This document shows positions 20,598 to 30,219 of a stretch of 64,000 nucleotides of DNA, piece by piece. A program made the position numbers and the translations under genes. The stretch is from NCBI GenBank assembly GCA_963665385.1, contig OY762213.1, forward strand, positions 786,913 through 850,912, written 5' to 3'. Below the pieces are notes generated by a model, which saw only the letters and a program-made list of their open reading frames with translations, did no database searches and had not been told where the DNA came from. The DNA comes from Dehalococcoidia bacterium. Lineage in GTDB: Bacteria > Chloroflexota > Dehalococcoidia > UBA6926. The stretch's first letter is position 1. Each line of letters starts with the position of its first letter.

Positions 20598-21191
20598 TCA
20601 GTTTTCAGCGGGGACCTCTCTCGAGGCAGTGAGAACTTCCCTGATGTGGTTGATTGCGCCGGCGTGGAGGTTGGCGTGGGTTGTCAGGGTGATGAGGTAG
20701 CGGATGCGACGCATCCCGCTGTCCGTCTCAATGTCCAGGCCTTCCGGCCCGAGTTCCTCAATGGTGCGCAACACGGCCTGGAACGTTAGCGCCAGGTATT
20801 CCAGCAACGCCTTCTTGGGCGGCTCCTGGAAGTGGGCGCGCTGTGTTGCGGTGTATGCCTGCCCGGTGTCTTCAAGGGGCAGGCCGAATTCCCGCGCATA
20901 GCCATGTGTCTCATTGATTTCGGGTCGGTTGAGGATCTGCTTGTGGAGCAGGGCGTCCTGCACACGGGCGACGTGCCAGAGGTAGTAGCCGGCGGACGGC
21001 GTCTCAGGGAATGGCCGCCATGCCATGTCCTCCTCGGACATCGTTTCAACGGCCTGCGTCAGGGTGCGGTGACATGCCTCAAAAACGCCTGCAAGGGCGT
21101 CCCCGGACGGGTATCCGTTCTGGACATGACCGGCGGAATCCCCGCGATTTAGAAAGTCACGCAAACCATGCGACAAGGCGATGATGGACAT
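20598..21191 (-). CDS. DinB-family protein
   Basis: WRP..PSAGYYLWHVARVQD and C-terminal HANLHAGAI His motifs. Confidence 0.8.
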   Translation of the reverse strand: MSIIALSHGLRDFLNRGDSAGHVQNGYPSGDALAGVFEACHRTLTQAVETMSEEDMAWRPFPETPSAGYYLWHVARVQDALLHKQILNRPEINETHGYAREFGLPLEDTGQAYTATQRAHFQEPPKKALLEYLALTFQAVLRTIEELGPEGLDIETDSGMRRIRYLITLTTHANLHAGAINHIREVLTASREVPAEN

Positions 21192-21218
21192 TATTACCTC
21201 TTTACCCCGAGCACAATT

Positions 21219-22355
21219 TTACACCGCTTGGGCAGTAAAAGTAGAGGCTTGCGGCTCCTCGACGGCTACCGTTCGCTCGATTACGCCGCCGCCGAGCATC
21301 CGGCCGTCATTGTAGAGAACGACTGCCTGACCGGGCGTGACGGCCCGCTGCGGCTCGTCAAACTCAAGAGTGAAGCCGTCGCCGTCCGCGTCCGGGATGA
21401 GGAGGGCAGGCGCTTCGGGGGACTTGTACCGCACCTTGGCCAATACGCGCGTCGGGACGCTGCCGGGGGAGACCCCGTCGATATATGTTGCCTGCGCTGC
21501 GCGCAACGAGTCTGCGAGGAGGTGATCCTCCGGGCCGATCACAATGGTGTTCTCGGCGGTGTCGATGTCGATGACGTACATGCGGCGGCCTGCGGGGGAC
21601 GGCGGCAGGCCCTTGCGCTGACCCACTGTGTAGCCCGCAGTTCCCATGTGAGAGCCAACGTGCTTACCGTCGACATCCAGAATGGGACCGGGCGTGAGCG
21701 CCATGTGTTCAGAGAGAAAAGCCCTGTAATTTCCTGAGGGGACGAAGCAGATCTCCTGGCTGTCCGGCTTGTCCGCGACTGGCAGCTCAAGCTCATGGGC
21801 GATGTGCCGCACGTCCTGCTTGGGCAGTTCTCCGATGGGAAACAATGAGCGGCGCAGTTCCTCCTGTCCGAGCCCGTAGAGCACGTACGTCTGGTCCTTG
21901 GAGGCGTCGGCGGCCTTATGCAGCTCAATACGACCGTCCGCGTCGGCGCGGCGTCGAACGTAGTGTCCCGTGGCGATCCAATCTGCCTCGAGCGACAGCG
22001 CCCGCTGCAGAAAGAATGCGAACTTGATCTTGTCGTTGCAGGCGATGCAGGGGTGTGGAGTCCGGCCGTTCTTGTACTCACGAATAAAGTACTCGATGAC
22101 GTGCTTGCGGAACTCCTCCTCCATGTTGAGGACGTAGTGCGGCATATCAAGCTTCTGAGCCACTCGCTTTGCGTCAAACACGTCCTCCACGGAGCAACAG
22201 GCGCGGTTGTGGCGTGACGCGCCCTCCACGTCGTCGCTCCACAGGCGCATCGTCACGCCGATGACATCGTAGCCCTGCTCCTTGAGCAAGTAGGCGGCGA
22301 CGGAGGAATCCACCCCGCCGCTCATGGCGACAATGACTCTCTCTTTGGTATTCAT
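21219..22355 (-). CDS. mnmA: tRNA 2-thiouridylase
   Basis: AMSGGVDSS PP-loop, TPHPCIACNDKIKF, ATGHY, KDQTY, DSQEICF, YTVGQRKG, AVTPGQ. Confidence 0.97.
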   Translation of the reverse strand: MNTKERVIVAMSGGVDSSVAAYLLKEQGYDVIGVTMRLWSDDVEGASRHNRACCSVEDVFDAKRVAQKLDMPHYVLNMEEEFRKHVIEYFIREYKNGRTPHPCIACNDKIKFAFFLQRALSLEADWIATGHYVRRRADADGRIELHKAADASKDQTYVLYGLGQEELRRSLFPIGELPKQDVRHIAHELELPVADKPDSQEICFVPSGNYRAFLSEHMALTPGPILDVDGKHVGSHMGTAGYTVGQRKGLPPSPAGRRMYVIDIDTAENTIVIGPEDHLLADSLRAAQATYIDGVSPGSVPTRVLAKVRYKSPEAPALLIPDADGDGFTLEFDEPQRAVTPGQAVVLYNDGRMLGGGVIERTVAVEEPQASTFTAQAV

Positions 22356-22450
22356 TTCACCTTCTACGATACGGAGTTGGTGGTTGTGCTGCAAAGGCGC
22401 ATCACACTCGACGGTGGAAGAAACGTAAACCGGGCCTGGCCGTTGTGGGG

Positions 22451-23695
22451 TTAGCCCAGCGTTTCATTCACAAGGCGCAGGCCGTCCCGCAGCCGGTGGG
22501 ACCAGTCCTCCCGGGCTCGGCGGATGGTGTTTGTGCATAGCCGGAACAGACAGATAGCCTCGCGATAAGCGAGCTCCGGCTCGCTCCATCCGAAGCGTTC
22601 CAACGCGGCCTCCCTAAAGGACGTGTGGTACGCGGCGAATCTCCCGGCTCGACGTTCGCTGCCAAACGCGCCGGCCCAATTCAAGTGCGCCAGAAAGTTG
22701 CCGATGTCCAGGAGGGGGTCTCCAAGGCCGGCCTCTTCGAAGTCGACGACCGCAATGCGACCGTCATCAAACACCAGCATCTGGTCGTCGTAGAAGTCAT
22801 TGTGGGCTATGCCTGTAGGACGCCACGAATGGACGAAGGGATCCAAGAGCTGCCGGGCTCCATTGAGTTCTCGCAGAGAGGTCTCGTCGTCCTGAACATT
22901 CTGCCCGATGCTGCTCTTTGCTCTCTCATACGCCCCTGCCAGGTTGAAGGAAGGGTTGGTACCGGGATCGGGAGGGGTATCCCACAACGTCTGCAGTCCA
23001 TCCAGAAGCAGCGAAGGCTCCGGGGCCTTGTCCCGCCGAATCTGCTGCCGCAGATTCTTGCCGGGTATCTCCGAGAACCACACCACGCCGCCTTCGGCCC
23101 AATGGCCTGCGAGGCGAGGTGCGACGAATCCGGACTGCGCCATCAGATCATGAGCCCTCAACAGTGGTACGACGGCGTCCGGTCGCATAACTCGCGCATA
23201 GAACTTTGCTCTGCCCGCGCGATGACGCAGCACGGCACGGTTCATAGCCCTGTAACGGATCACATCCACTGCGGCGCGCCGTTCCCGGAACGGCAGTACG
23301 TGCCTGTTGAGCAGTGCAAGAGCCGTGTCCGGATGGGAGGCATCAGGCAGTCCGGGCAGACGCCGATCATGTGGAAACCGGGAGAGCTCGATAGGCCTGC
23401 TTCTCTCCAGGTAGGCGTAGAAATGCTGCAAGGGTAGATACGTGTCAGCATCCCATTCCATCTCGTAACTGACGAGGGCTGTCCTGCCTACGCGGTGAGC
23501 GAACTGACGAATACGAATGTCCTTGGGATCGACTTTCGGGCGTCCGAATTCGCGGCAGTAGGCGCGCCATATCCAGTCGGAATCGAAGAGGCCCGGAAGC
23601 TCACTCAATTGTGGGTCGATGGGGAAACTAACTTCAGGTCGGAGGGGAATAGCCGGTGACGTAGACCGGCTCGCTTCCTCAAGAACTGAGGTCAT
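22451..23695 (-). CDS. Aminoglycoside-phosphotransferase/choline-kinase-fold protein
   Basis: HNDFYDDQ catalytic loop, VVDFE, GDPLLDIGNFLAHL. Start set at MTSVLEE because the upstream in-frame part is the off-frame reading of the neighbouring repeat. Confidence 0.8.
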   Translation of the reverse strand: MTSVLEEASRSTSPAIPLRPEVSFPIDPQLSELPGLFDSDWIWRAYCREFGRPKVDPKDIRIRQFAHRVGRTALVSYEMEWDADTYLPLQHFYAYLERSRPIELSRFPHDRRLPGLPDASHPDTALALLNRHVLPFRERRAAVDVIRYRAMNRAVLRHRAGRAKFYARVMRPDAVVPLLRAHDLMAQSGFVAPRLAGHWAEGGVVWFSEIPGKNLRQQIRRDKAPEPSLLLDGLQTLWDTPPDPGTNPSFNLAGAYERAKSSIGQNVQDDETSLRELNGARQLLDPFVHSWRPTGIAHNDFYDDQMLVFDDGRIAVVDFEEAGLGDPLLDIGNFLAHLNWAGAFGSERRAGRFAAYHTSFREAALERFGWSEPELAYREAICLFRLCTNTIRRAREDWSHRLRDGLRLVNETLG

Positions 23696-24392
23696 TGCTG
23701 TCATCACTATCGTCGCTGTCGTCATTGTCGGTAGGCGTGGGCGTATCGATGCCATCAGAGTCGGTGCCGTCATTGTCGGTAGGCGTCGGGGTATCGATAC
23801 CGTCGGAGTCGGTGCCGTCATTGTCGGTAGGTGTTGGAGTATCGATGCCGTCTGAGTCGGTGTCGTCATTGTCGGTAGGCGTTGGCGTATCTATGCCGTC
23901 TGAGTCGGTACCGTCGTTGTCGGTAGGTGTAGGCGTATCGATGCCGTCTGAGTCGGTACCGTCATTGTCAGTGGGCGTTGGGGTATCGATGCCGTCGGAG
24001 TCGGTACCGTCATTGTCGGTAGGCGTTGGCGTATCTATGCCATCAGAGTCAGTGCCGTCGTGGTCGGTGTTGGCGGTGGTATCGAAGCCGTCGTGGTCGG
24101 TGTTGGCGGTGGTATCGAAGCCGTCGTGGTCGGTATTGGCGGTGGTATCGAAGCCGTCAGAGTCGGTGCCGTCGTTGTCGGTCAGTGGAGGGTCGTCACT
24201 GTCGAGGTCGGGATCGTCCTCGTCATCATCATCAGAACTGTCAGGGTCATTCTCGACTGCCTGTGTACGCGAAGCAGAAGCGGCATCGTCCGGAGAATCA
24301 TCGCTAATGGCGACAGCCACGGTCGCCCAAACCAAAGCCAAGCCCAGTGCCAGCGAGAAGAGGATTGCGCCGAATGCAGTAATTCTGTGCAT
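23679..24392 (-). CDS. Secreted acidic Asp/Thr tandem-repeat protein
   Basis: GAAGGGG RBS; Sec-type signal peptide ending AVA; 3x DGFDTTANTDH and 7x D(G/D)TDSDGIDTPTPTDN; differences between DNA repeats are almost all synonymous in this frame. Confidence 0.85.
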   Translation of the reverse strand: MHRITAFGAILFSLALGLALVWATVAVAISDDSPDDAASASRTQAVENDPDSSDDDDEDDPDLDSDDPPLTDNDGTDSDGFDTTANTDHDGFDTTANTDHDGFDTTANTDHDGTDSDGIDTPTPTDNDGTDSDGIDTPTPTDNDGTDSDGIDTPTPTDNDGTDSDGIDTPTPTDNDDTDSDGIDTPTPTDNDGTDSDGIDTPTPTDNDGTDSDGIDTPTPTDNDDSDDSDDSNDLSS

Positions 24393-24485
24393 TGCCTGAA
24401 CCCCTTCGTCCTTACCTTTCTCTTAGCGTCAACAAGCCGTTCAACGCGGACAGGATAGCACTGTCAAATCCTTCTTGCAGCGTCG

Positions 24486-25367
24486 TCAACCGGCTAAGCC
24501 GAGAACACCGACGGCAATGATGGCCAACACCAGGCCGCCGCCCTTGCTCCAGTTCATCTCCTCCTTGAGGAATATCACCGCCAGGATAGCGGTGATGACG
24601 AAGCTCATCTGCACGATGGGATAGCTGATGCTGGCGTCACCGATGCGGAGGGACTCGAACAAGAGGACCGCCCACGTGACCTGGATGACTGCAATGCCCG
24701 GGGCGAATTGGGCGACGGGGCGGGTAATGCTGAAGTTGCGCCTTCGCAGCAGTGTGATGATGGCGGCCTGCTGGAAACCGACGGTCTGTGTGAGAACCAT
24801 GGGAATCGCGCCAATGTCGCCGGTATCGAGGCCGGCCTTGGAGATCAGTCCGGCGACCCCAAAGAAGCCGGATGCTGCAACCGCCAGAAGGATTGACCGG
24901 AGGTCGGAGCGGATGGCGGAGATCTGGGTGATGTTCAAAAGGACGAGGACGGCCAGGACAGCCAGGAGGATGCCTCCAAGCTTTATCGGGTCGGCGGACT
25001 CACCGAGGATGACTATTGCGCCCAACGCCGTGACGACGAAGTTGAGCCTGAATATAGGCGCGTTGACACTCGCGTCCCCCGTGCGGAGACTCGCCACAAA
25101 GAGCGTCAATCCCACGTAGCCGAACACGCCTGCGGGCACCCCGTAGAGCCATGTGCTCCTGTGGATGAAGTCTACTGGGCCGTCATCTCCGAAAAGGACC
25201 CAACTCGAGACGGCCACACCCCAGATGATTGCCGTGAAGATGGTCGATTGCCAGAAGATAAAGTTGGGGGCGTCAATGCCGCGCTGTTGGGCGACACGAT
25301 AGAGCAGGTCGGCAACTGCGCCGAGGAGGAGGGCGGCGACGGCAAGTGTGACAGCCAGGGAATCCAT
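24486..25367 (-). CDS. EamA/DMT-family transporter
   Basis: Two repeated hydrophobic halves with GDAS..API/YPI and ILGE/FLKE motifs. Confidence 0.88.
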   Translation of the reverse strand: MDSLAVTLAVAALLLGAVADLLYRVAQQRGIDAPNFIFWQSTIFTAIIWGVAVSSWVLFGDDGPVDFIHRSTWLYGVPAGVFGYVGLTLFVASLRTGDASVNAPIFRLNFVVTALGAIVILGESADPIKLGGILLAVLAVLVLLNITQISAIRSDLRSILLAVAASGFFGVAGLISKAGLDTGDIGAIPMVLTQTVGFQQAAIITLLRRRNFSITRPVAQFAPGIAVIQVTWAVLLFESLRIGDASISYPIVQMSFVITAILAVIFLKEEMNWSKGGGLVLAIIAVGVLGLAG

Positions 25368-25411
25368 CAGTCAGCCTCGCGGGGTTGGGGTGCGTTGTGT
25401 AGTATGGCCTC

Positions 25412-25795
25412 ATGACGGAACAGGTTACTTCTACGGATACTGATTCGGCCGCCGCCGGCATTGAACTGGCGCGGAAGGCGGTTGAGATTGCGGAGGACCG
25501 GCAGGCCAGCGATATCCTCCTGCTTGATGTGCGAAATATCTGTGGCTACGCGGACGCCTTTGTGCTCATGACGGTGGAGTCCAAGCGACAGGGGCAGGCG
25601 ATCCAGGAGGCGATGCACAAGGGGTTGAAGGATTCCGGTCAGGCGGTCCTGCGAACGGAGGGCGACGCGGACTCCGGGTGGCTCCTGATGGACTTCAACG
25701 ACGTGATCGTCCACATCTTTGCCGGGGAGCAGCGGGAGCTCTATGGGCTGGAGCAGTTGTGGCGCAGCGCCGTGCCGCTGGTCAGGATTCAATGA
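25412..25795 (+). CDS. rsfS: Ribosome silencing factor
   Basis: DILLLDV, EG..SGWLLMDFNDVIVHIF, RELYGLEQLW. Confidence 0.93.
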   Translation: MTEQVTSTDTDSAAAGIELARKAVEIAEDRQASDILLLDVRNICGYADAFVLMTVESKRQGQAIQEAMHKGLKDSGQAVLRTEGDADSGWLLMDFNDVIVHIFAGEQRELYGLEQLWRSAVPLVRIQ

Positions 25796-26240
25796 GCCAC
25801 TGCTCCGTGGCCTGCTGATAGTCGATCAACTCGGAGTCGTCGAACCAGAGCGAAACCTCACGCGCGGCGGATTCCGGGCCGTCTGAACCGTGCACCAGGT
25901 TCAACCCAACTGACAGGCCAAGGTCTGCGCGGATGCTGCCCGGAGCGGCCTTTGCGGGATCGGTTGCGCCCATCGTCTGCCGGGCAAGCTCGATGGCCCG
26001 CTCGCCTTCCAGCACCATCGCCATCAGCGGCGATGACGTGATGAAGTCCAGGAGTCCCGGGAGGAAAGGCTTGCCAACGTGCTCGGCATAGTGCTCCTCT
26101 GCAAGAGACCGCTCAACACGCATGAATTTCCCGCCGATTACCTTTAGGCCGCGCTTCTCAAATCGTCCAAGAATCTCGCCTGTGAGGCCGCGCTGCACGG
26201 CGTCCGGCTTGATGAGGATGAGGGTACGTTCTGCTGCCAT
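25782..26240 (-). CDS. ndk: Nucleoside diphosphate kinase
   Basis: ERTLILIKPDAVQR, HYAEH, GATDP..APGSIR, NLVHGSD. 3' end overlaps rsfS. Confidence 0.97.
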   Translation of the reverse strand: MAAERTLILIKPDAVQRGLTGEILGRFEKRGLKVIGGKFMRVERSLAEEHYAEHVGKPFLPGLLDFITSSPLMAMVLEGERAIELARQTMGATDPAKAAPGSIRADLGLSVGLNLVHGSDGPESAAREVSLWFDDSELIDYQQATEQWLIES

Positions 26241-26308
26241 CGTGACTTTGTGTCTCCTGTGTGATGACGTTGGGGAAATGTCTTCAATAGGGTAGCAGAC
26301 GGAGATAG

Positions 26309-26354
26309 TTGACACGTGCGTCTGGGTCAAATACTTTGGGTGAGTGAAAGTGTT
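26309..26354 (+). promoter_or_regulatory. Promoter with overlapping inverted repeats (candidate MarR operators)
   Basis: TTGACA-17 nt-TACTTT; palindromes TTGAC-N12-GTCAA (26309-26330) and AATACTTT-N9-AAAGTGTT (26330-26354). Confidence 0.5.
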
Positions 26355-26907
26355 GGATACCAATGGACATTCGGCGGTGCGAGAACGAACCGGTGACGAC
26401 GTGACAACGCCGGATGAACCTTCTCGCCCTGCCAACCCGGCAACCCAGCGGTTGATTGAAGACCTGGAGGTCATCTTCCGCTTGCTCAGGCCGGCAATCG
26501 CAGACGACTGGTTCACCGTCGATCTGACGATGCCCCAGCTGCGCGCGCTCTTTGCCCTGCGCCGCCACGGCGACTGCCGCATGGGCATCGTCGCCGGCCA
26601 GCTTGGCACATCGTTGTCCACCGCGACGGGGGTCATTGACCGCCTTGTCGAGCGAGGACTCGTCGAACGTTGGCAGGATCCAGATGATCGCCGCTCCAAC
26701 GTCTGTCGCCTCACGTCTGACGGCGTTGATCTCGCGGAGCGTCTCCTTAACCTGCGTCGCCGGGCGTGGGAAGAGCGCCTGAATGAACTCAATGCGGATG
26801 AGGCAGACGGCGCGCAACAGGGCCTCGCCACCTTGCTTGAGGGTCTGAAACGATTACAGGAAGCCGACGCCGCAGAAGAAAACCGATCTGAGGTGTCCGC
26901 CTCATGA
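26344..26907 (+). CDS. MarR-family transcriptional regulator
   Basis: LTMPQLRAL, STATGVIDRLVERGLVER..DPDDRR..LT; ATGA overlap with the MFS gene. Start uncertain (26344 or 26401). Confidence 0.9.
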   Translation: MKVLDTNGHSAVRERTGDDVTTPDEPSRPANPATQRLIEDLEVIFRLLRPAIADDWFTVDLTMPQLRALFALRRHGDCRMGIVAGQLGTSLSTATGVIDRLVERGLVERWQDPDDRRSNVCRLTSDGVDLAERLLNLRRRAWEERLNELNADEADGAQQGLATLLEGLKRLQEADAAEENRSEVSAS

Positions 26908-28313
26908 TGGGCGGAGGACCGACGGGCGGCCCCGACGGAACGCGGGGTGGCCCCGGCGTTGGCGGACAGCCTCCGGGCCCCGTCACTGAAAGGCGGGGCG
27001 TCGGCTTCCGCGCGATTGCGTCCCTGACCGTACCGGCGTATCGCCTGTATTTCCTGTTTGTTCTCGGCCAGATGGGCGCGATGAACATGCAAATGATGGC
27101 GCGCTCCTGGTACGTCTACGAGTTATCCAAGACACCCGGCACGAACGACGGCAGCGTAACGATGCTTGGGGCAGTGGCGCTGGCAAACGGATTGCCGATG
27201 TTGACCCTCTCCTTGTTTGGCGGAGTGCTTGCCGACCGCGTGCCGAAGAAGCAAGTGCTCATCATCGGGCAAATCATGTCTACGATCATCACGGTAGGCG
27301 TGGCCATGTCCATCACGCTTGGCTCCATATCCGTCTGGCATTTGCTCATCGCGTCGTTCCTGCAGGGAATCGTGATGGCGCTGATGATGCCTGCGCGACA
27401 GGCGATCATCCCGGAGCTGGTGAGCGCGAACATGATCACGAACGCCGTAGCGTTGAACGGCGCGGCGATGAACCTGCTCCGCCTGATGGGACCGGCGCTA
27501 GCCGGATTCCTCATCGCCATGTGGGACATCGAGGGCGTGTACTACATCATGGCGGTGCTGTACGGCACAGGCGTCATCATGCTGATGGGTCTCCCTCTGT
27601 CGGGCGCCGTTGCTCTGCGTGGCTCCGGGATGCTGAAGCAGGTGGGCGAAGGGCTCACGTATGTCAGACGAAACAACGCCCTCCTCATGCTGTTGATCTT
27701 CTCGCTATTCTCATTCGTCCTGTCGATGCCGTACATGTTCCTGCTCCCCGCGTTCACGGATACCATTCTCACTGTCGATCCCTCCCGGCTCACCTTCTTC
27801 ACGTCGCTGCCACTGGTGGGGACGTTATTTGAAACGCTCGACCAATCATCGGCGCGTCAGGGCTTGCTGATCAGCATCTCCGGCATCGGCGCCCTGGTCG
27901 GGTCCGTATTCGTCGCGACTATGGAGGACAAGAAACGCGGACTCTGGCTGTTGATCAGCATGTTCGTGATGGCGGCGTCCCTGATTGTGTTCAGCTTTAC
28001 GAATTCGTACCTCATCGCCTTCATCATGTTCATCCCGCTGGGATTCGCTCAAGCGGGGCGCATGGCTCTCAGCAACACGCTCGCGCAGGTGTACTCAGAC
28101 GACGAGCACCGGGGCCGTGTGATGAGCATCTACATGCTCAATTGGGCCATGACGAACTTCGGTGTGTTCTTCGTTGGTGTGCTGGCGGATGTTGTCGGCA
28201 CGCAGGGCGGCTTTGCCGGGGCGCAGCTTGCCGTGGGCGGCTCTGCCATCATTCTCCTGTGCGTAACGACCTTCTTCACCTTCTTCACGAAGAGGGTCCG
28301 CCAAATGGACTAG
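26904..28313 (+). CDS. MFS transporter
   Basis: About 12 TM segments, motif A GVLADRVPKK, PARQAIIP, RGRVMS. Confidence 0.92.
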   Translation: MMGGGPTGGPDGTRGGPGVGGQPPGPVTERRGVGFRAIASLTVPAYRLYFLFVLGQMGAMNMQMMARSWYVYELSKTPGTNDGSVTMLGAVALANGLPMLTLSLFGGVLADRVPKKQVLIIGQIMSTIITVGVAMSITLGSISVWHLLIASFLQGIVMALMMPARQAIIPELVSANMITNAVALNGAAMNLLRLMGPALAGFLIAMWDIEGVYYIMAVLYGTGVIMLMGLPLSGAVALRGSGMLKQVGEGLTYVRRNNALLMLLIFSLFSFVLSMPYMFLLPAFTDTILTVDPSRLTFFTSLPLVGTLFETLDQSSARQGLLISISGIGALVGSVFVATMEDKKRGLWLLISMFVMAASLIVFSFTNSYLIAFIMFIPLGFAQAGRMALSNTLAQVYSDDEHRGRVMSIYMLNWAMTNFGVFFVGVLADVVGTQGGFAGAQLAVGGSAIILLCVTTFFTFFTKRVRQMD

Positions 28314-28328
28314 TCCGGACCGCGACAG

Positions 28329-29696
28329 GTGAGACCCCGCAACACGCCGAATGAGTCCGAGCAAGGGTCGACTACGCCCGACGAACCTTTAGAAGGGCAA
28401 CGCACCCCCAGAGGCCGCGCCTCGCTGAGAGAGGCCGTTTCTGCGTTCGCGATTCGCGACTACCGCATTCTGTGGGCGGGCGTCAGCATGCACGCGCTCA
28501 CCCTGTGGATGGAGATTGTCGCCCGCAGCTGGCTGGTGTGGGAGATCACGGAGGACCCCATCGCCGTCGGCTGGGTCAATTTCTGGCGCACGATACCGGT
28601 GCTGTTCCTTGCAATTCCTGCCGGAGTGCTCGCCGACCGTGTCAATCGCAAGACCATCCTTGTCGTCACGCAGATCGGCATCCTGGCCATCTACGTGGTG
28701 CTGCTTGGGCTGTTACTGCAGGATCGACTGGAGTTGTGGCACGCATACGCCCTGTTTGCGGGGCGAGGCGCAATGATTGCCTTCAATCAGCCTGGGCGGC
28801 AGGCGCTCATACCGGCGATTGTGGGCAGGGAGCGAATTGCGAACGCCGTGGCGCTGCAGCAGTTCTCTTTCAACGGCACGCGCATCGTAGCCCCGCTGCT
28901 CACCGGCGTGCTCATCGCCGTCTCGGGATTCGAGATGGTCTTTATCATCATCATCCTGCTGGAGTTCGGAATCATCGGAGCATGGCTCTGGATGAAGACG
29001 TATCCCCTGATGCAGCGCGGCGCGGAGAGTATGGGCGTGTCCGGCGCGTTCCGGGATACGTGGGAGGGCCTCAAGTACGTGCGGCGCCACACGACCATCC
29101 TGCTCCTGCTGCTGCTCGGCCTGCTGTCGCTTATGTTCCTCCAGCCGTTCATGGTGCTCTTGCCGGAGATTGCAGACGAGCGGTACGCATCCAATGCCGA
29201 ATGGCTACTGACGATTGCCGACGCATTTAACCTGAGCCAGAATACCGGAGCGACGCTGTTCGGCGGGATGCTGACGTTCATGGGGATAGGGTCGATTATC
29301 GGGCCGTCGATTCTTGCCTACCTCGGCAACGTGCGAAACAAGGGAATGCTGATCGTGGTGACGATGGCGCTGAGCGGCGTGGTGCTGTCCGCGCTTGGTG
29401 CGGCGCCGTGGTTGATTCTCGCGCTGGCGCTCATGGTTCTGCTTGGCCTGCTGGACTCAAGCCAACGGGTGCTGACAAACGGGATGCTGCTCACGCAAAC
29501 GGAGAGCGAGTTTCACGGTCGCGTCATCAGCCTGTATCTGTTGGACCGGGGATTTGTTCCTATCGGCAGCCTGGTGGCGGGATACATGGGTTCCGCGTAC
29601 GGAGCCGGCTGGGCGCTAGCCATTCTGGGCGCGGCGCTGGCGGTGTCCGTGGTGATAGTAGCGGCGATCAAACCAAAATTCCTGCGCGCAGGCTAG
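28329..29696 (+). CDS. MFS transporter
   Basis: GVLADRVNRK, PGRQALIP, HGRVIS; paralogous to the upstream MFS. Confidence 0.92.
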   Translation: MRPRNTPNESEQGSTTPDEPLEGQRTPRGRASLREAVSAFAIRDYRILWAGVSMHALTLWMEIVARSWLVWEITEDPIAVGWVNFWRTIPVLFLAIPAGVLADRVNRKTILVVTQIGILAIYVVLLGLLLQDRLELWHAYALFAGRGAMIAFNQPGRQALIPAIVGRERIANAVALQQFSFNGTRIVAPLLTGVLIAVSGFEMVFIIIILLEFGIIGAWLWMKTYPLMQRGAESMGVSGAFRDTWEGLKYVRRHTTILLLLLLGLLSLMFLQPFMVLLPEIADERYASNAEWLLTIADAFNLSQNTGATLFGGMLTFMGIGSIIGPSILAYLGNVRNKGMLIVVTMALSGVVLSALGAAPWLILALALMVLLGLLDSSQRVLTNGMLLTQTESEFHGRVISLYLLDRGFVPIGSLVAGYMGSAYGAGWALAILGAALAVSVVIVAAIKPKFLRAG

Positions 29697-29733
29697 CCCC
29701 CGCCGCGCCAACCTCATGCGCTAATCTGGTTCT

Positions 29734-30219
29734 ATGACGACACACGAATGGAGCGGTACTTCCCGCTCCGCGGATGAGACGAAAGACATCGGGCGGGCTA
29801 TTGGCAAGTCCGTCGAGGCCGGGACGCTGGTGCTGCTCATCGGGCAGCTTGGCGCGGGCAAAACGACGCTGACGCAGGGCCTTGCCGATGGGCTGGGAGT
29901 GACGGCGTATACCAAGAGCCCCTCGTTCGTGCTGGTCAATGAATACCAGGGCAGGCTGCCGCTATTTCACATGGATCTGTACCGCATCGACGATCCGGCG
30001 GAGGCGTGGGAGCTGGGGCTGGACGACTACCTAGGCAGGGACGGCGTGCTTGCCATTGAGTGGGCCGACCGCGCGACATCCATCTTCCCCGAGGACCGAC
30101 TTGAGATCCACATCGAGTACGTATCGGACACCGAGCGGCGGCTGTCAGTGACGGCCAGCGGGCCGGTGTCCGCCCAGGCTCTGAGCGCGCTGCCCGAAGG
30201 CGTTGGGGCGACTGAATGA
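29734..30219 (+). CDS. tsaE: t6A biosynthesis ATPase
   Basis: GQLGAGKTT, SPSF.LVNEY, HMDLYR, IEW. Confidence 0.95.
   Translation: MTTHEWSGTSRSADETKDIGRAIGKSVEAGTLVLLIGQLGAGKTTLTQGLADGLGVTAYTKSPSFVLVNEYQGRLPLFHMDLYRIDDPAEAWELGLDDYLGRDGVLAIEWADRATSIFPEDRLEIHIEYVSDTERRLSVTASGPVSAQALSALPEGVGATE

Noticed and set aside
23696-23869. Repetitive N-terminal extension of the kinase ORF
   Set aside because: It is the off-frame reading of the neighbouring repeat gene; its residues vary where the other frame is conserved.
23700-24180. 48-bp and 33-bp tandem repeats as a CRISPR array
   Set aside because: No unique spacers, unit lengths are multiples of three, variation is synonymous in one coding frame, and no cas genes are present.
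23695-24399. Plus-strand Ser/Val repeat ORF (234 aa)
   Set aside because: Antisense shadow of the acidic repeat protein, which has the RBS and signal peptide.
25782-27092. 436-aa extended Ndk and 264-aa extended AroQ in the ORF track
   Set aside because: The extensions overlap other real genes; homology begins at MAAERT (26240) and MRILL (12169).
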